Source: Neoechinorhynchus agilis (Eukaryota > Animalia > Acanthocephala). From it: a stretch of 64,000 bases of DNA. The DNA is taken from positions 12,229,480 through 12,293,479 of the forward strand of contig CM121342.1 of assembly GCA_051530055.1 (NCBI GenBank). The letters run 5' to 3'. Numbering within the stretch: position 1 is the stretch's first letter; each line of letters opens with the position of its first letter. Below the pieces are notes generated by a model. That model was not told the DNA's origin and ran no database searches. It saw only the letters and a program-made list of their open reading frames with translations. This document shows, piece by piece, positions 62,470 through 64,000 of the stretch. The position numbers and the translations under genes were made by a program.

Positions 62470-63520
62470 AGACAATTGGCGTCATTCTGGGAATTTGTGA
62501 TGCGTACCTTAGAAGATGAAGATATCATAAGAGTTCATGAATACACCAATTTACAAATCTCACTTGCTGAGCAACATATAACAACTGACCACACTAAGAA
62601 ACTTCAACAATTAAGACCTCAAACAGTAGAACGGTGTGGTTACATCGTGAATAGATCTAAGCACAAAAATCATATGCGGTACAGAACCGCAGACAGGAAA
62701 AGCTCGGATCACGAACGTTCTTAAAGACAACGACGAGATAGCAATCACGAGGTCCCTTAAAGAGTTATCCGACCAGTAGAGGCCTTTATGGATGATTATC
62801 GGAACGCGGCTTTGGAATTTCTTTACTATGACAAATTTTAGAGGCTGGTAAAAAATCCCACACGTAATACAGAGTATAAGTTAAACAGCTTACTTCGGAC
62901 CTTGTTGAACCGGTCTCTCAGAAGTCCACAATTCTACAATAGGTCGCTTCTACATCTCCCTTCGAAGATTCACAAACACATCTTTCTATACGGTCCAATT
63001 GCATCTATCAATATACGCTTCAATCACCGGTTATCTATAAAAATCAATGCTACATTTAAACCAATTTTACTAATCACTGCTACCCACATTAAAGATGGCT
63101 CAACATTTACGGTTGAGATCAGGAATCTAAACGTCGAACAATACAGAATGTTTATGGCCGAACGTGAGCGCTCGTTTCATCAATAATCCAACTATCAGAG
63201 CATTCCAACGAACCACGTTTGGACCTAACCAAAGGTACTCCTTAATACAATGGTGCACGGGCTCGTCATTAGCTCCTACCTCAGCTGACATCTACACGCG
63301 TGAGTGGAAGTAGACTTTCTTGGAACTTTGTAGTGAATGCAAATAGGTGGTGGCAGTATGTGGATTATGGGTACATCCTGATTGACTCGAACAATATCAA
63401 CGACTAACTGAAGGCAGCATTGAGCATTCAAGATCAACACATAAGTGGGCTGTAAATAGAAAGAATTATGATGGCCAGAATTCGTTTCTGGGCGTCCTTG
63501 TTTTAAAGCTCAGTACAGGG
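62470..63520 (+). pseudogene. Decayed PLE, third lineage
   Basis: FWEFVMRTLEDEDI...HTKKLQQLRP parallels TWEYLTRTLDYDDI...HSKKLDRLRP; PSKIHK, FNHRLSIKIN and LAPTSADIY. Confidence 0.8.
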
Positions 63521-64000
63521 AATCATATTTGAGGGAGAGACGCGTGAGATATTTCCTAAGTGTAAGTATGTGTTGGAGATAATTAACTCTAGATTCAGTA
63601 AATTTAGTAGAGGATTTTATGAGTTATCAATGGATAAAATTTGCACGAGGAAAATGTCTCTATCCTCAAAAGTCATAGAGGTGAAAAAGAGTTCCGTACA
63701 AATATTTATAGTCCAGGGGAAACCTATGGAAGAGTTAGCAAGTAGATGGGATGGACGGACATTGAAGTTGGTTTATATGGACCTGTTTATTAATGAAGCG
63801 GATCCAATCTCTTAGAAAAATAAGAAATCAGGAGATAAGTCTCTTGTGTTTTTCAAATGTGCGATAGTAAACAAAATGCTATACCAGCATTATATGCTGA
63901 AAAGCTAAAATTTAATCAAGTCAGAATCCTTATATGTTGATCCCGTCATTTGCTGCGTGTAGGATATAAACGATCTATCAATCAAGTGGACTGAGAAACA

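Overview
Eukaryotic genomic DNA from a compact-genome invertebrate, probably bilaterian: AT-rich, gene-dense, with mostly 40-60 bp GT-AG introns. I cannot name the species from sequence alone. Host genes are HAND, NDUFB4, DDX46/PRP5, SDHAF4, MLH1, TBC1D22, a CAP-Gly coiled-coil gene, a solitary posterior-class Hox gene, two predicted secreted proteins (a neuropeptide-precursor-like ORF and a Cys-x3 repeat protein) and several orphans. The dominant structure is a 10.7 kb array of a recently active Penelope-like element (PLE; RT + GIY-YIG) at 15305-26008. It contains inverted and partial-tandem copies, one intact 826-aa ORF and a minimal hammerhead ribozyme in the 84-bp spacer between ORFs. The whole array interrupts the Cys/His motif of a CRE-like retrotransposon remnant. 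A 12-bp piece of that target site also appears at an internal junction, suggesting repeated insertion at one site. The right half of the window is rich in decayed elements: L2/Crack-like LINEs, I/Jockey-like LINEs, CRE-like elements, older PLEs and a pogo derivative. All alignments, splice models and folds were done by eye.
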